Of a stretch of DNA of 64,000 nucleotides, positions 61,566 to 64,000 are shown one piece after another (the stretch's first letter is position 1; each line of letters opens with the position of its first letter). Origin of the DNA: Pirellulales bacterium (GTDB lineage Bacteria; Planctomycetota; Planctomycetia; Pirellulales; PALSA-1355); contig CAVTBU010000006.1 of the NCBI GenBank assembly GCA_963733035.1, positions 256,001-320,000 on the forward strand, given 5' to 3'. Both the position numbers and the translations under genes were made by a program. The notes beneath the pieces were generated by a model. It searched no databases, was not told where the DNA came from, and saw nothing but the letters and a program-made list of their open reading frames with translations.

Positions 61566-64000
61566 CTATTGACGCGGGTGGAATCCCTCAACCGACACTT
61601 CGCCCCCAACGATCGAGACACAAACCGCGCCGTCTTCGGCAGTGTGCAATACGCCGCCGCCAGGCTCGGCAAAGGCGGTGCGAATTGCCGGCAGACGATC
61701 CGAATGGCCCCCGCTGACAACCGTCCACTCGGGCTTGCTCCACGCCAAGAAGCCCGGGGGATCGCTTGACGCGCTGCCGTGATGGGGGGCCATCGTCACA
61801 TCGCAATCGTAGGGACGCTCCGCCAGTACGTCTTCGAGGCCGGGCGACTCCAAGTCGCCGGTGAGCAACACGCGCCGCCCCTGATATTCGATGGCTAGCA
61901 CGATGCTGTTGGCGTTATCGCTGCCGAGCACGCCGCGCCGCGGAGGGTGCAGCACTTCGATTTTCACCTCGTCGCCGGTTCGCAGCCGATCGCCACTCCA
62001 AACTTCTACCAGCGGCACGCCACTCTCGTCGATCGCCGCGCGCAACGCTTGCACTGCCCGGCTGCCGCGGTTCTCGAACATCACGGGCGATACATAAATC
62101 ACGCCGACGGAAATCTGTTCGAGCACCGCTGGAACGGCGTTGTAGTGGTCGGCGTCAGCATGCGAGATCACAATTGCATCGAGATGCGTGATGCCCCGCG
62201 ACCAGAGGAAGCTGGAGATGATTCGGCCCGCCGCGGCCGGCGAGCCAAGGCGGCCCGCGTCGTAGAGCAAAGTTTGTCCGCCAGGCAGTTCGATGACAAC
62301 GGCCGTGCCATGTCCCACCGAAAGAAACGTGCAGTCGAGTCGGTCGCTATCCCGTCCGTTAGCAAACGAGAAACTAAAACCGATCGCCGCCCAACCGGCC
62401 ACCCCTCCGAGCACCCAACGCCGCGAGGGACGCCAACTCGGCACCAGTGCGACGCAGCCTAGTGTCAGGTAGAAACCGGCCAGCCACCAATCGGCCGGTC
62501 CGACAACCCAAAAGTGACTCGCTGGCCACGCCCGAGCCGTTTCGACGCATGTTTGCATGAACGACAGATTGGCGTCGCAAAGCACACCCAACAGTGCGCC
62601 CAACGGCGGAACCAGCCAACCGAAGAGAAAGATCCCAAAGCCACAGGCCATCGCCAAGGTAACCGGGACGGCCAGCACCGGTCCCAACAAGACGGCGACG
62701 GGCGATACGAGGTGAAACCTCGCCATCACGAGCGGGCAAACGACGAGCCAAATCAACGTCGTGGCCAGCGTGGCTTGCCAGACGGACCTCGCCACACGCC
62801 GAGCTAACCGCTCGGGCCAGGGGCGCGTTCGCAGGACGAGTGCGTCTAGCGGATCCAGTTGCCGTCGTCCCCGTCGCGTGTCGGCCAGGTACACCAGCAC
62901 ACCCACCGCGAGAAACGAGAGTTGTGTTCCTGCCTGGAACAATTCCGCGGGGTTCAACGCCAGCACCACCAGACCGGCCGCTGCCAGGGTGTTGAACCCC
63001 AGCGGGCGCCGCGAAAGGACCATTGCCAGGCAAGCCACCAGCACCATGACGGTGGCCCTCACCACCGGCGGTTCGCCGTCCGTTGTGGCCGCATACAGCA
63101 CGCATGCGACAACGACGATGCCCAGAGCCCAACCTCGCGGCACGAGCCCCACGCGCATGACTAAAAACAAGCATCCGGCCAGGATGCCGACATTTAATCC
63201 CGAGACGACCAGCAAATGAATCGTTCCGGTTTCGACAAACGCCTGACGCAGATCTGGATCGAGCTCGTCGCGCGCCCCAAGAAACATCGCGGCGCCCAAG
63301 GTCGAGCGACTCGGCCCCAAGTTGCGCCACAGCAACGCATCGCCGTGCGTTCGCAGGCTGTCAATCACCGCCGCGGGAAACAGCCGCCAGCCCCCTGCGA
63401 GAGTCGTGACGCATTCTGGGAATTCGCAGTTGAGCGAGACCATCCGCCGCGCGCCGTGCGCCTGGGAGGCGAAATCAAACTCGCCTGGATTGGCCGGCGC
63501 GCGTATCTTCGCCCACTGGGCAAACGCCCTCAGGGTGTCTCCTGCATGGACGTCAACCACGTTACCGTTAACGAGCAGGCTGACCCGGCCCGAGGCCGGC
63601 TGCCATCGCGCTCCGTTGCGAATCGCGAGCACGTCGACTTCCAGGCGTGTTCGTTCGTTCGCGGCGATCGTGCGCAGCGGGTCGGGCGGGGGAGCCGGAA
63701 TGCGCCGCGGGCCACCGGCTGCTCGCACTTTGAGGGCCACCGGCCCAGGTGTGTCGGTGCAGAGAACGCGAGGTTGTCGTGCTCGAACATAGCCCAGCGA
63801 CAATGATGCCATGCACCGGCCGTGGCTGCGACACTAACGAGCAACATGATAGCGGCGGCCGGCAACAGACCACGGCGCCAAGATAGATACCATGCCACCC
63901 AGGCCGAGATGGCCGTGAACATCCACCAGCCCACCGGCCAGGCGAGCCAGCGATCGATCACGATACCAACGCAGGCTGCCAAGAGCACCACGACCAGAGG
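61566..64000 (-). CDS. comEC: ComEC/Rec2 competence protein (starts beyond window; frameshift near 63760)
   Basis: HLLVVSGLNV, VGHG, SHADADH, PHHGS. Confidence 0.9.

Noticed and set aside
860..63770. Frameshifts in kdpD, kdpB, Mrr, primase, lipase, TPR and comEC as pseudogenes or programmed frameshifting
   Set aside because: Scattered single-base indels in otherwise intact genes, often near short homopolymers, with no shared slippery motif; most consistent with long-read errors
1689..63806. Long antisense ORFs (e.g. 1689-2762, 12983-14074, 20279-21943, 28750-30111, 48761-50029)
   Set aside because: Shadow frames of well-supported opposite-strand genes, typical of high-GC codon bias

Overview
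High-GC bacterial DNA, most likely a Planctomycete (Pirellulales-like gene content; inference). Bases 1-5.7 kb hold a kdpFABC-kdpD potassium uptake operon. Bases 5.9-14.3 kb hold a plus-strand locus of about 17 tRNA/tRNA-like genes. It starts behind a terminator/attenuator-like leader, is interspersed with HNH, YbjN and AbiV-like genes, and ends in a ~540-nt highly structured RNA candidate (with an embedded tRNA-like fold) and an SPFH/slipin gene. An IS110-family (IS1111-type) element splits the tRNA-Ser(GCT) gene. Its downstream non-coding region contains a readable bridge/seekRNA whose loops match the tRNA target and the IS circle junction. Bases 14.3-22.1 kb are a decayed integrative element at tRNA-Glu(CTC), carrying nucleases, a truncated BrxL, a truncated primase/DUF3987 and a tyrosine integrase. 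Bases 22.3-64 kb are ordinary core genes (Ser/Thr kinase, hydrolases, surE, csrA, Rieske/cytochrome b-c, nrnA, ribF, ppx, nnrD, larB, accBC, pfk, hisBCD, ltaE, gdh, comEC). Many single frameshifts probably reflect long-read indel errors. All calls were made by eye, with no database searches.
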